Below, piece after piece: positions 19,031 through 27,903 of a stretch of DNA of 64,000 bases. Source of the DNA: an uncultured Alphaproteobacteria bacterium (lineage in GTDB: Bacteria; Pseudomonadota; Alphaproteobacteria; Rhizobiales; Rhodomicrobiaceae). The first letter of the stretch is position 1. Each line of letters starts with the position of its first letter. The position numbers and the translations under genes were made by a program. Location of the stretch: assembly GCA_963727795.1 (NCBI GenBank), contig CAVSHC010000011.1, positions 903 through 64,902 of the forward strand, read 5' to 3'. The notes below the pieces were generated by a model. The model worked only from the letters and a program-made list of their open reading frames with translations, had not been told where the DNA came from and did not search any database.

Positions 19031-19840
19031 ATGGCCGTGGTGAACCCCGAAGAAGACGACATCGACCAGACGAAAGCGCCGCTTATCGAGCATCTGATCG
19101 AGTTGCGGAAAAGGCTGATCTACTGCGTCGTGACGTTGGTCATTACCTTCTTTTTTTGCTACGCCTTCGCGCAGGACATCTACAATTTCCTGCTCATTCC
19201 CTACCGGCTCGCGGTGGGCGGTGAAAGCCGGATCGAAATGATCTACACTGCGCCGCAGGAGTTCTTCTTCACGCAGCTTCGGGTGGCGTTTTTCGGCGCG
19301 GTGGTGATATCGTTCCCGATGCTGGCGACGCAGCTTTACATGTTCGTCGCGCCCGGCCTCTACCGCAGCGAGAAGAAGGCCTTCATGCCCTACCTGTTCG
19401 CTACGCCGATCCTGTTCTTGATCGGCGGCGCGATTGTCTTCTTCCTTGTCATGCCGCTCGCGATGCGGTTTTTCCTGTCGATGCAGCAGAGCGGGAACGA
19501 TCAGGTCCACATTCAATTGACGGCGCGGGTCAGCGAATATCTGCACCTCATCACGACCTTGATCATCGCCTTTGGCATCTGTTTCCAGCTTCCCGTGGTG
19601 CTCACGCTTCTCGCGCGCGCCGGCGTGGTGACGTCGCAGTGGCTTCGCAAGCAATGGCGCTATGCGGTCGTGCTCATTTTCATTGTCGCCGCCGCGCTCG
19701 CGCCGCCGGACGTCATGAGCCAGGTCGGCCTCGCCATCCCGACGCTGCTTCTCTACGAGATCTCGATCTTGTCGGTAAAGCTCGTCGAGCGCCAGCGCGC
19801 GGCCCAGGATGCCGTCAAGGCCAAGAGCGAAGACGAATAA
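19031..19840 (+). CDS. tatC: Twin-arginine translocase TatC
   Basis: APLIEHLIELRKRL, APQEFF, PGLYRSEK, FQLP, APPD. Confidence 0.95.
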   Translation: MAVVNPEEDDIDQTKAPLIEHLIELRKRLIYCVVTLVITFFFCYAFAQDIYNFLLIPYRLAVGGESRIEMIYTAPQEFFFTQLRVAFFGAVVISFPMLATQLYMFVAPGLYRSEKKAFMPYLFATPILFLIGGAIVFFLVMPLAMRFFLSMQQSGNDQVHIQLTARVSEYLHLITTLIIAFGICFQLPVVLTLLARAGVVTSQWLRKQWRYAVVLIFIVAAALAPPDVMSQVGLAIPTLLLYEISILSVKLVERQRAAQDAVKAKSEDE

Positions 19841-19951
19841 AACTTCGCCAAGCCCTGCTTTCGCTCTCCCTGGGCGGAACGCTTTGCCCGCAGCCTGTTT
19901 CCGCTTCGAGGGGCCGGAAGCCGTTCCAGGCAGGGAGGCCGAGGTGAACTC

Positions 19952-20860
19952 ATGCGCGTTCTTGCCATCATCAACCGCGGAGCAGGGAGCGCCTCCAGGC
20001 ATGAAGCGGAGCACCTTGCAAGCATCGCCGAAGCCGCGTTTCGTGAAGCTGGGCACGAGATCGCCGTCAGCCTTGTCGAGCCGGGCGGCGTCGAGGCTGC
20101 ACTTGACAAGGCCGTCTTGGAGGGGCCGGACATCCTCATCGCGGGCGGCGGCGATGGCACGGTCCGAAGCGCTGCGAGCCGGTTGATCGGCTCCGAAATC
20201 GCGCTCGGGATTCTTCCCCTCGGCACGGTCAATCGCGTCGCGCACGATCTCCGTATTCCGCTGGAGCCGCGCGCCGCGCTTCGCGCGCTCGCCCACGGCG
20301 GCTTTCGCAAGATTGACGTCGCGGAGGTGAACGGAGAGATCTTTCTCTGCAATTCGATGCTGGGGCTTCCCTCGCAGATCAGCGAGGAGCGCCAGGCTCT
20401 TCGGGTGCGCCCCTTGTGGGAACGCATCAAAGGCTACTTCAAGCTGCTGAGGACCATTCTCGCATCGCGCAGGCATCTGGAGGTGTCGATCAACGGCGAT
20501 GCGGACCGGACGCTGCGCGCGCGGGTTATTTCTCTCGCCGTATCCAACAACCTTTATTGCCGTGAGCCCTCGCTTGTCTTTACGCGGCAGGCGCTCGACG
20601 AGGGGAAGCTCGGCGTCTACATCGCCAAGCCTCACAGCGGATTGGGGATGCTCTGGATTTTGGCGCGGGCGGCCCTCGGGCTATGGAGCGGGGATGACAG
20701 GCTGGAGATCCTGGCGGCAAAGAAGGTGACCATCGGCGCGCGCAAAAAAAAGCTCCGCCTTTCGAATGACGGAGAGGTTCAGGTGTTCAAGACTCCGCTG
20801 CGCTATCAAATCCATCCGAAAGCGCTGAAAGTGTTCGCTCCGGCGGGCGGGAACGAATGA
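19952..20860 (+). CDS. Diacylglycerol-kinase-family lipid kinase (YegS-like)
   Basis: IINRGAG, AGGGDGTV, LPLGTVN, DGE. Confidence 0.88.
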   Translation: MRVLAIINRGAGSASRHEAEHLASIAEAAFREAGHEIAVSLVEPGGVEAALDKAVLEGPDILIAGGGDGTVRSAASRLIGSEIALGILPLGTVNRVAHDLRIPLEPRAALRALAHGGFRKIDVAEVNGEIFLCNSMLGLPSQISEERQALRVRPLWERIKGYFKLLRTILASRRHLEVSINGDADRTLRARVISLAVSNNLYCREPSLVFTRQALDEGKLGVYIAKPHSGLGMLWILARAALGLWSGDDRLEILAAKKVTIGARKKKLRLSNDGEVQVFKTPLRYQIHPKALKVFAPAGGNE

Positions 20861-21651
20861 AGATAGCTCTTGCGGCGGACCTGCACTTCGGAAGCGTGCC
20901 GGAAGGGCTCGCCTCGGCGCTCCGGGAGGCGATGGAGGCGCAGGAGCCGGATGTCATAGTCATCGCGGGCGACCTGACGCTTCGGGCGCGGAAAAGAGAA
21001 TTCGAACAGGCCAGCGCATGGCTCTTGTCGCTCAAGCCGCCTGCGCTCGTGATTCCGGGAAATCACGATCTTCCCTACGTCAATCTCATCCAGCGCTTTC
21101 GCAACCCGTTCAAGCGCTACCGCCGTGCGGCGAACGCGGCGACCCTGATGCCGGTCGTGGAATGCGAGGACGGCCTTGTGCTCGGCTTCAACACGGCCCG
21201 CTCGTGGCAGCCGCATTTCCGCTGGCAGGAAGGCGCGGCGAGACTGCGCGATATCGAGAGGGCCAGCGCGGTTCTCGATGCCGCTCCTGCGGGGCTGTTC
21301 AAGGCGGTGGCGGTTCATCACCCGCTTATGACAATTCCGGGTTTTCCGCGAGCGCATCCGGTCAGGCGAGGAGACCTGGCGCTTGCCAGCTTTGCGAAGG
21401 CCGGCGTCAGCCTCGTCATGTCGGGGCACATCCATCAAAGCTTCGCCATCGAAGTCAGCGTCGCGGGACGGCCAATGGCGGCTGTTGGCGCTCCGACGGC
21501 GTTGTCGAGCCGGATGCGCGGCGAGGCCAACGGCTTCTGGATGATTGACGCGACCGTGCGGTCTATGGACTGCGCGCTCTGGCTCCGGGATGGAAGCGGG
21601 TTCAGGCCTGCCGCCGAGACCTCTCTTCTTTGCAGGCGCCTGGAAGGATGA
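20857..21651 (+). CDS. Calcineurin-like metallophosphoesterase (Icc/CpdA-like)
   Basis: DLHFG, GDLT, PGNHD, HHP, SGHIH. ATGA overlap with the kinase gene. Confidence 0.88.
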   Translation: MKIALAADLHFGSVPEGLASALREAMEAQEPDVIVIAGDLTLRARKREFEQASAWLLSLKPPALVIPGNHDLPYVNLIQRFRNPFKRYRRAANAATLMPVVECEDGLVLGFNTARSWQPHFRWQEGAARLRDIERASAVLDAAPAGLFKAVAVHHPLMTIPGFPRAHPVRRGDLALASFAKAGVSLVMSGHIHQSFAIEVSVAGRPMAAVGAPTALSSRMRGEANGFWMIDATVRSMDCALWLRDGSGFRPAAETSLLCRRLEG

Positions 21652-21708
21652 GGAACGCGGGGCCAATCCAGCGTGTTTCACTTCCGAGTAAAACCCAAGG
21701 AGAGAAGC

Positions 21709-21879
21709 ATGTTAGGGTGGGCCTTAACCTTTCTCGTAATCGCAATCGTTGCCGGGGTCTTCGGCTTTGGCGGCATTGCTGTGGCTTCGGCCGGGATCGC
21801 AAAGATCATCTTCTACGTCTTCCTCGTTCTTCTCGTCGTTTCGCTCGTTGCCCATTTCCTGCGAGGACGAAGCGTCTGA
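21709..21879 (+). CDS. DUF1328 (UPF0391) small membrane protein
   Basis: [24 protein letters not shown]...IAKIIF, with AAGGAG RBS. Confidence 0.88.
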   Translation: MLGWALTFLVIAIVAGVFGFGGIAVASAGIAKIIFYVFLVLLVVSLVAHFLRGRSV

Positions 21880-21890
21880 TTAGCGGAGGA

Positions 21891-21929
21891 AACATCGGCC
21901 GCATCGCTCATGTGCGGCCGATGTTCTTT
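21891..21929 (+). terminator. Hairpin terminator after the DUF1328 gene
   Basis: Perfect 13-bp stem AACATCGGCCGCA/TGCGGCCGATGTT followed by CTTT. Confidence 0.65.
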
Positions 21930-22038
21930 GCGTTCGCCCGCACTTTTGCGATTTCTCCGGGCTTGTCCAGAATTCAGGACTTCACCTGGGATACTTTTCC
22001 TTGTGCCGAAATCTTAGGAAATAGCGCCTTGCCGAAAG

Positions 22039-22284
22039 GTTAACGGCAATAAGCTACTGAAATATATTGGAAAAAAGGAACGACATCGCGACCGCCGCAC
22101 TAGCAAGAGGCGCGCGGCCCGTTAACACATTATATTTAACGGACTTGACCGCGTCCCATTTCCGCCAAAAATATATTTCGTTAACCCTGCAGACTTAGGC
22201 TAGAAAGTGGCTTTAGGCAACGGTTAACGCAAATGCTGGCCGGAAATAAATCCGGCGCGCGAAAATTAACCGTCTTTCGTTAAC
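22039..22284. promoter_or_regulatory. Cluster of seven TTAAC words including a CtrA-like TTAG-N7-TTAAC site (22213-22228)
   Basis: TTAAC at ~22040, 22122, 22136, 22181, 22224, 22266 and 22280 in an AT-rich intergenic stretch. Confidence 0.4.
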
Positions 22285-22691
22285 AGGCTCGCCCGGTAAC
22301 GATCTGTTCAACGCCCAGACGGTCTGGCAAATGGGTTCCTTATCGTAAGGTCCATCACCACGCGTCCATTTTGCATGTCTTCGGTTAGAAGCTCCGAGCA
22401 GTTGAGTGCGATCGCAGCCGCCCACTAGCGCTGGACATCAGCGGGTGCTCCGTCAAAGCGGACGCGCGCGGCATGGATATCGGAGTAACGACATCAACTC
22501 GGGCTGGATGGACCTCGGGGTCGAGGGTACGGAGCACGTCGCGGGCACGACGCCCCCCCGCGATGTCTTCGCGGCGGCTCAGAGGGCCGCCACGGCGTAG
22601 GTCCGTGGATCAGCGATGAGATGCGACTTTCGGACCTGCTCCGGAATCGCATCTTCTTCGGAATGAATGCGGCGCCCTCATACGGACGCGC

Positions 22692-22778
22692 GATGGCAAA
22701 GGCTATCAGACGATCATAAACAAGGCGCTGCGCGAATATGTGGAGCGGCATGCAAAGGAAAACGCCAATGGCTCGTGA
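22692..22778 (+). pseudogene. C-terminal remnant of a BrnA-type (DUF4415) antitoxin
   Basis: Translates DGKGYQTIINKALREYVERHAKENANGS*. There is no start codon in frame after the upstream stop. Confidence 0.55.
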
Positions 22779-22942
22779 CCTTTCACAAGTCTGACGTAAC
22801 GCTGCCTTGAGCCGCCGCCGCCAATCCGCTACATAAGCAGCCTGATTTCCGCGTCTTCGCATCGCACAAGCGCCGCCCCATCGCCGCGGCTGCGCACACC
22901 CCTCAGCGAAGCGCGCAACACCACGCCCGAGAAGGAAACCCC

Positions 22943-24601
22943 ATGGCCCCTCCGCAATACGTCTATGTGATGCAGAAGCTTTCCAAAACCTACCCCGGCG
23001 GAAAGCAGGTGCTCAGCAACATCTCGCTCTCGTTCCTGCCCGACGCCAAGATCGGCGTGGTGGGCGTGAACGGCTCGGGCAAGTCCACGCTGTTGAAGAT
23101 CATGGCGGGCGTCGAGAAGGAGCACCAGGGCGAGGCCTGGGCGGCCGAAGGCGTGCGCGTGGGCTATCTCCCGCAGGAACCGCGGCTCGACGAGACGAAG
23201 GACGTGCTCGGCAACGCCATGGACGGCGTGGCGGACAAGAAGGCCATGCTCGACCGCTATAACGAACTGGCGATGAACTATTCCGACAAGTCCGCGGACG
23301 AGATGGCGAAGCTTCAGGACTTTATCGACGGGCACAATTTGTGGGACCTCGACGCGCAGGTGGAGCAGGCGCTGCAGGCCATGAATTGCCCGCCGCCGCA
23401 TGAGAGCGTGACGAACCTGTCGGGCGGCGAAAAGCGCCGCGTCGCGCTGACAGCCCTGCTGCTGGCGCGGCCCGACATCCTGCTGCTCGACGAGCCGACC
23501 AACCATCTCGACGCGGAGTCGGTGGATTGGCTTCAGCATTACCTCGAAGACTATCCGGGCTGCGTGATCCTCGTCACCCACGACCGCTACTTCCTCGATA
23601 GCATCACGACATGGACGCTGGAGCTCGATCGCGGGCAGGGCATCCCCTACAAGGGCAATTATTCGAGCTGGCTTGAGCAGAAGGCGAAGCGCGCCGCGCA
23701 GGAAAAAAGCGAGGACGAAGCCAAGCAGCGGACCTTGCAGCGCGAGCTGGAATGGATCAGGGCGTCGCCCAAGGCGCGGCAGGCCAAGAGCAAGGCGCGC
23801 ATTCAGGCTTATGAGAAGCTCGCCGAGGAGGCGGCCCGCGACCAGGTCGGCAAGGCGCAAATCCAGATCCCGACGGGGCCGCGGCTTGGCGGTGTGGTGC
23901 TGGAGGCGGATCACATCAAGAAAGGATTCGAAGGCCGCACGCTTATCGAAGGGCTCGATTTCAAGCTGCCGCCCGGCGGCATTGTCGGCGTGATCGGGCC
24001 GAACGGCGCGGGCAAGACCACGCTGTTCAAGATGATCATCGGCAAGGAGACGCCTGACGCGGGCGCCTTCCGCATCGGCGATACGGTGAAACTCGGCTAT
24101 GTGGACCAGAGCCGCGACGCGCTCGATCCGAAGAAGAACGTCTGGGAGGAGATCTCGGGCGGCCTCGATCAGATCAAGCTGGGAACGCGCGAGGTGAACA
24201 GCCGCGCTTACTGCGGCTGGTTCAACTTCAAGGGGCCGGACCAGCAGAAGAAGGTCGGCCTGCTTTCGGGCGGCGAGCGCAACCGCGTCCATCTCGCCAA
24301 GATGCTGAAAGAGGGCGGCAACCTGCTCCTGCTCGACGAGCCGACGAACGACCTCGACGTGGAGACGCTGTCGAGCCTCGAGGCGGCGCTGGAGGATTTC
24401 CCCGGCTGTGCGGTGGTCATCAGCCACGATCGCTTCTTCCTCGACCGGCTCGCCACGCACATCCTTGCCTTCGAGGGCGACGGCCACGTCGAGTGGTTCG
24501 AGGGCAACTTCCAGGCCTATGAGGAGGACAAGCTCCGCCGCCTCGGCGCCGCCGCGCTCGACACGCCGAAAGCGAAGTTCGCGAGGTTCGCGCGCGGCTA
24601 G
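22943..24601 (+). CDS. ettA: Energy-dependent translational throttle protein EttA (ABC-F)
   Basis: Two ABC domains (GVNGSGKS, GPNGAGKT), LSGGE motifs, and the PtIM linker ELEWIRASPKARQAKSKARI. Confidence 0.96.
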   Translation: MAPPQYVYVMQKLSKTYPGGKQVLSNISLSFLPDAKIGVVGVNGSGKSTLLKIMAGVEKEHQGEAWAAEGVRVGYLPQEPRLDETKDVLGNAMDGVADKKAMLDRYNELAMNYSDKSADEMAKLQDFIDGHNLWDLDAQVEQALQAMNCPPPHESVTNLSGGEKRRVALTALLLARPDILLLDEPTNHLDAESVDWLQHYLEDYPGCVILVTHDRYFLDSITTWTLELDRGQGIPYKGNYSSWLEQKAKRAAQEKSEDEAKQRTLQRELEWIRASPKARQAKSKARIQAYEKLAEEAARDQVGKAQIQIPTGPRLGGVVLEADHIKKGFEGRTLIEGLDFKLPPGGIVGVIGPNGAGKTTLFKMIIGKETPDAGAFRIGDTVKLGYVDQSRDALDPKKNVWEEISGGLDQIKLGTREVNSRAYCGWFNFKGPDQQKKVGLLSGGERNRVHLAKMLKEGGNLLLLDEPTNDLDVETLSSLEAALEDFPGCAVVISHDRFFLDRLATHILAFEGDGHVEWFEGNFQAYEEDKLRRLGAAALDTPKAKFARFARG

Positions 24602-24758
24602 ACGCGAACCGGCTCGAAAGTGGGTAGAACGCGACCCAATTTTTGTCGAAGATGCGCCCTGGAACGGGGCGCCTTCGACGCCTGCCACAGCTAACGGTCG
24701 AGTTGCTTGAAGGGGAAACGGGTTCGGAAGTCTAATCGGCGCCTCATATGGTTGTGTG

Positions 24759-25199
24759 ATGGGAATCACAATGTTTAGCTTAGACAAGGCAAAGGTCGAT
24801 ATTGAGACAGTGAGGCATGAATATATCGATGCCAGCACTAATGTTCGGCATCACAGCAATCTGCGCTTTGCGCAATTGACTCTGTTTTCTGCTTTAACCG
24901 GAGGGCTTCTTTCGATAGTTTTTGGACACCAGACAAGTATTCCCCCGTTTGCTGGGATCTGCCTTGAGGCGCTCGGGCTAGTAGTAGCTAGCACATTTTT
25001 CGTTATGGAATTAAGAACAAGTGTTTATTGGAGACATTATCGCTCGCGCGCTGCTGCGCTTGAAACCACGCTAGGTTATTCTCAATACTCAACAATACCA
25101 ATTGGTAAGCGGTTAACCGCCGCGAATGCGACTAAGTTGCTCTACGTCAGCGTGGTCTTGCTATGGATAGCAATTTTAGGTTTCCAGTTTCTGCCCTAA
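24759..25199 (+). CDS. Small membrane protein of unknown function, low GC
   Basis: Three hydrophobic segments, many TTA/CTA/ATA codons, and visibly lower GC than the flanks. Confidence 0.65.
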   Translation: MGITMFSLDKAKVDIETVRHEYIDASTNVRHHSNLRFAQLTLFSALTGGLLSIVFGHQTSIPPFAGICLEALGLVVASTFFVMELRTSVYWRHYRSRAAALETTLGYSQYSTIPIGKRLTAANATKLLYVSVVLLWIAILGFQFLP

Positions 25200-25361
25200 G
25201 CGCGAGTTAAGAAAACTCGTTATAGATGCGAGGGCGCTACTGCCCCGGAAAGACGGAGTGACTTCGCTTTAACGAAGCCGCCCGATGCAAGAAAAGCAGG
25301 TTTCCAAACGTAATTTTATGTCATAGTTTTGCAGCGCTGACGTAACAAGCGGCTGCGGCGG

Positions 25362-27563
25362 ATGCCGCAGGCGGAGAGTATTTTTGCCGTGCCGCAGGAT
25401 GGAGAAATTCGGGCTGGCCTTCCCGCCGGGCAAGGCGCGCCCGCAGCGAGCGGGCTGGCCGAAGCTCTGCTCCGTTCGTCGCGCGACGCCATCGCTGTAA
25501 TCGATCTCGCCGGTAACATCGTGCTGGTGAACGGCGCCGGGTTGGAAGCGATGGAGATCGGCTCTTTGCACACAGTCCGCGGCCGGCCGTGGCATTCCCT
25601 TTGGGCTCAGGACTGCGCCTCTCAGATCAATGCGGGCGTGGCGCGCGCAAGGCGCGGCAAGACCTCGACGCTCACGGTTTATCGCGCCGCCGGGGACGCG
25701 CCGTCCTGGTGGAACTTGACCGTGTCGCCGGTCTACGAAGCCGGAGCCGTGGTTCAAATCCTGTCCCAGGCGCACAAGCTGGCAGGGTCCTCGCCTGAGG
25801 AAGACAAGCTTGCGCGCGAGCTTTCCGGTCAGAGAACGGCTTTGATCCTCCTCGGCGAACAGCTTGAGGCGGAGTCCAGGCGGCTCTCGGAGTCGCGCAG
25901 GCAATTATCCCAGGCGGAAAAGGTCAAGCTGCTCGGACAGTTTTCGGGCGGCATCGCGCATGACATCAACAATGTCCTGGCGGTGATGGCCAGCGCCTGC
26001 CAAATCTTACGCAAGGTCTCCCCCTCGGAGCAGGCGAACACCGTTCTCGGCCATGCCGAAGCCGCAATCGAGCGCGGAGCGCGCCTCGTCCGGAAACTTC
26101 TCGATTGTGCGAGGGTCTCTTCCGAGGACCCCGAGATCCTCTATCTGGACCGGCTGTTGAGCGAGGATGCGGGCCTTCTTCATCATCTGGCCGGTCACGG
26201 GATCGAAATCTGTTTCGACCTTCCCAACGATCTGTGGCCGGTGCTGGCGGCGCCGGGCAAGTTTCAGACCGTTATCTTCAATCTCGTCGCCAATGCGCGC
26301 GACGCCATGCCCGAAGGCGGCCGTTTGACGGTCCAGGTCCGCAATTGCTACGCGAACGAGAGGCCGGTGAGCCTGCCGCCGAAAGACTTCGTCGCGCTCA
26401 CGCTCCGCGACACCGGCAAGGGGATGACGCCGGAGGTGCTGGCGCGCGCGGGAGAGCCGTTTTTCACGACGAAGCAAAAGGGGATGGGCGCCGGACTTGG
26501 ATTGGCCTCGGCCTTCGATTTTGCGGATCAGTGCGGCGGCGCCGTCGCCCTTGAAAGCGCGCCCGGCGAAGGAACCACGATAACGATCCACATTCCACGG
26601 GCGGCGGTCACGACCGGGAGCGGGTCTGTCCCATCGGCGAATGCCGCTTCCCAGCCCCATGGCGGCGCGACCATCCTTCTCCTGGAAAGCGACGATTCCT
26701 TGCGGCGGCGCGTCGGAAGTCTGTTGCGATCGCTCGATTATGCCGTAATTGAAGCGGCCAGTTCGCAGCAGGCGCTTGCCGCGGCGCTGGCGGCCGTCAA
26801 GATCGACTTGATCGTCGCCAATCTCGATCTTGCAAAGGGACCGGGGTTCGAACTCCTGGGAGAGGCAAAGCCGTTGGCGCCGGCGATTCCGCGGATTTTC
26901 CTGTCCGGACCGCAAGAGCATCGAAGCATCCCCCAAGAAATCGTTTTCCGGAAGCCAATTCAGGGACCCTTGCTGGCCCAGGCCATTCTCGAGAAGCTAG
27001 GGCGCGCGCCTCCCTCACTTGCGCCGGCGGAAACGCTGCGTATCGCGGACCGGCTTCGGGACAGGATCCGGAATCCAAAAGTTCTCGCCCTTTATGACTG
27101 CTGGCGGCGCATCGCCAACGAGAAAAGTCATCTGCCGTCAACCGCCGATGCAGCCGGCTTTGAGACCTTCCTGCCCGAAAACGCCTATCTCCTGGAAATC
27201 ATGGGACCGCAAGATGCGCCGTCATTCCGGTTTGTCCGCGTAGGCAGCGCCCTGGTGGAGAGGCTCGGCCGTGAGCTTGAAGGCGAAATCTTGCGCGCCT
27301 CGGACCATGACGTGCTTGGAAGCATAACCCGCGCACTCCAGCGCTGCCTGAAGGGCGTGGCTTATTTCGACTACACGCGCTTTTCTTTGGGCGACGGCCG
27401 GATGCTCTTGTTTGAAAGGTTGCTTTTACCGGTTTCGAGCAATAAGACTGCCGTCACGCATCTTTTCGGCGTCGCGACTTTTGACGAGATGAGGGCGGCT
27501 CTCGCGGACGGTCTTCATGAAACTCGTCGACTTCAACGATCCGAACCTGGCCAGGAAGCTTGA
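25362..27563 (+). CDS. Hybrid sensor histidine kinase: PAS-HisKA-HATPase-degenerate REC-PAS_5
   Basis: PAS (DAIAVIDLAGNIVLVN...WWNLTVSPV), H-box GIAHDINN, NARDAMP, DTGKGM, FFTTK, GLGL. The REC reads IDLIVAN (phosphoacceptor D replaced by N). The C-terminal region LYDCWRR...FRFVRVGSAL...ERLLLP is PAS_5-like. Confidence 0.88.
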   Translation: MPQAESIFAVPQDGEIRAGLPAGQGAPAASGLAEALLRSSRDAIAVIDLAGNIVLVNGAGLEAMEIGSLHTVRGRPWHSLWAQDCASQINAGVARARRGKTSTLTVYRAAGDAPSWWNLTVSPVYEAGAVVQILSQAHKLAGSSPEEDKLARELSGQRTALILLGEQLEAESRRLSESRRQLSQAEKVKLLGQFSGGIAHDINNVLAVMASACQILRKVSPSEQANTVLGHAEAAIERGARLVRKLLDCARVSSEDPEILYLDRLLSEDAGLLHHLAGHGIEICFDLPNDLWPVLAAPGKFQTVIFNLVANARDAMPEGGRLTVQVRNCYANERPVSLPPKDFVALTLRDTGKGMTPEVLARAGEPFFTTKQKGMGAGLGLASAFDFADQCGGAVALESAPGEGTTITIHIPRAAVTTGSGSVPSANAASQPHGGATILLLESDDSLRRRVGSLLRSLDYAVIEAASSQQALAAALAAVKIDLIVANLDLAKGPGFELLGEAKPLAPAIPRIFLSGPQEHRSIPQEIVFRKPIQGPLLAQAILEKLGRAPPSLAPAETLRIADRLRDRIRNPKVLALYDCWRRIANEKSHLPSTADAAGFETFLPENAYLLEIMGPQDAPSFRFVRVGSALVERLGRELEGEILRASDHDVLGSITRALQRCLKGVAYFDYTRFSLGDGRMLLFERLLLPVSSNKTAVTHLFGVATFDEMRAALADGLHETRRLQRSEPGQEA

Positions 27564-27903
27564 AGATTTATCGGACGCCGAGCGTCACGATTTGCCTTTC
27601 GGCGTCATCAAGCTTGACGGAAGCGGCATTGTCACGTTTTTCAGCGCGACGGAAGCCAGGCAATCCGGATACAAGAAGCGTCCCGCCGTCGGGCTCGATT
27701 TTTTCCTGAACATCGCGCCCTGCATGGCGACGCCCGAGTTCAAGGGACGCGTCGAAGAAGCCCGCAGAGCAGGCGCCGTCGAAATAGAAATCGGCTGGGT
27801 TGGAGACTTCGACGATCCGGACCGAGAAATGATCGTCCGTATCCAATCGGCCATCGATGGCGGTCTCTGGATTTGCCTCAATCGCGACGACGCGTCAGGC
27901 TGA
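27517..27903 (+). CDS. pyp: Photoactive yellow protein (PYP)-like PAS protein
   Basis: LPFGVIKLDGSG, E46 equivalent (SATE), VGLDFFLNIAPCM with the C69 equivalent, EFKGR, and terminal WICLNR. 128 aa, the size of PYP. Confidence 0.8.
   Translation: MKLVDFNDPNLARKLEDLSDAERHDLPFGVIKLDGSGIVTFFSATEARQSGYKKRPAVGLDFFLNIAPCMATPEFKGRVEEARRAGAVEIEIGWVGDFDDPDREMIVRIQSAIDGGLWICLNRDDASG

Noticed and set aside
27490-27563. Kinase-PYP fusion protein (Ppr-like)
   Set aside because: A fusion needs a +1 error. The alternative -1 correction gives a clean ATGA stop/start overlap, and the PYP ORF has its own ATG with upstream purine-rich words. Not excluded without resequencing.
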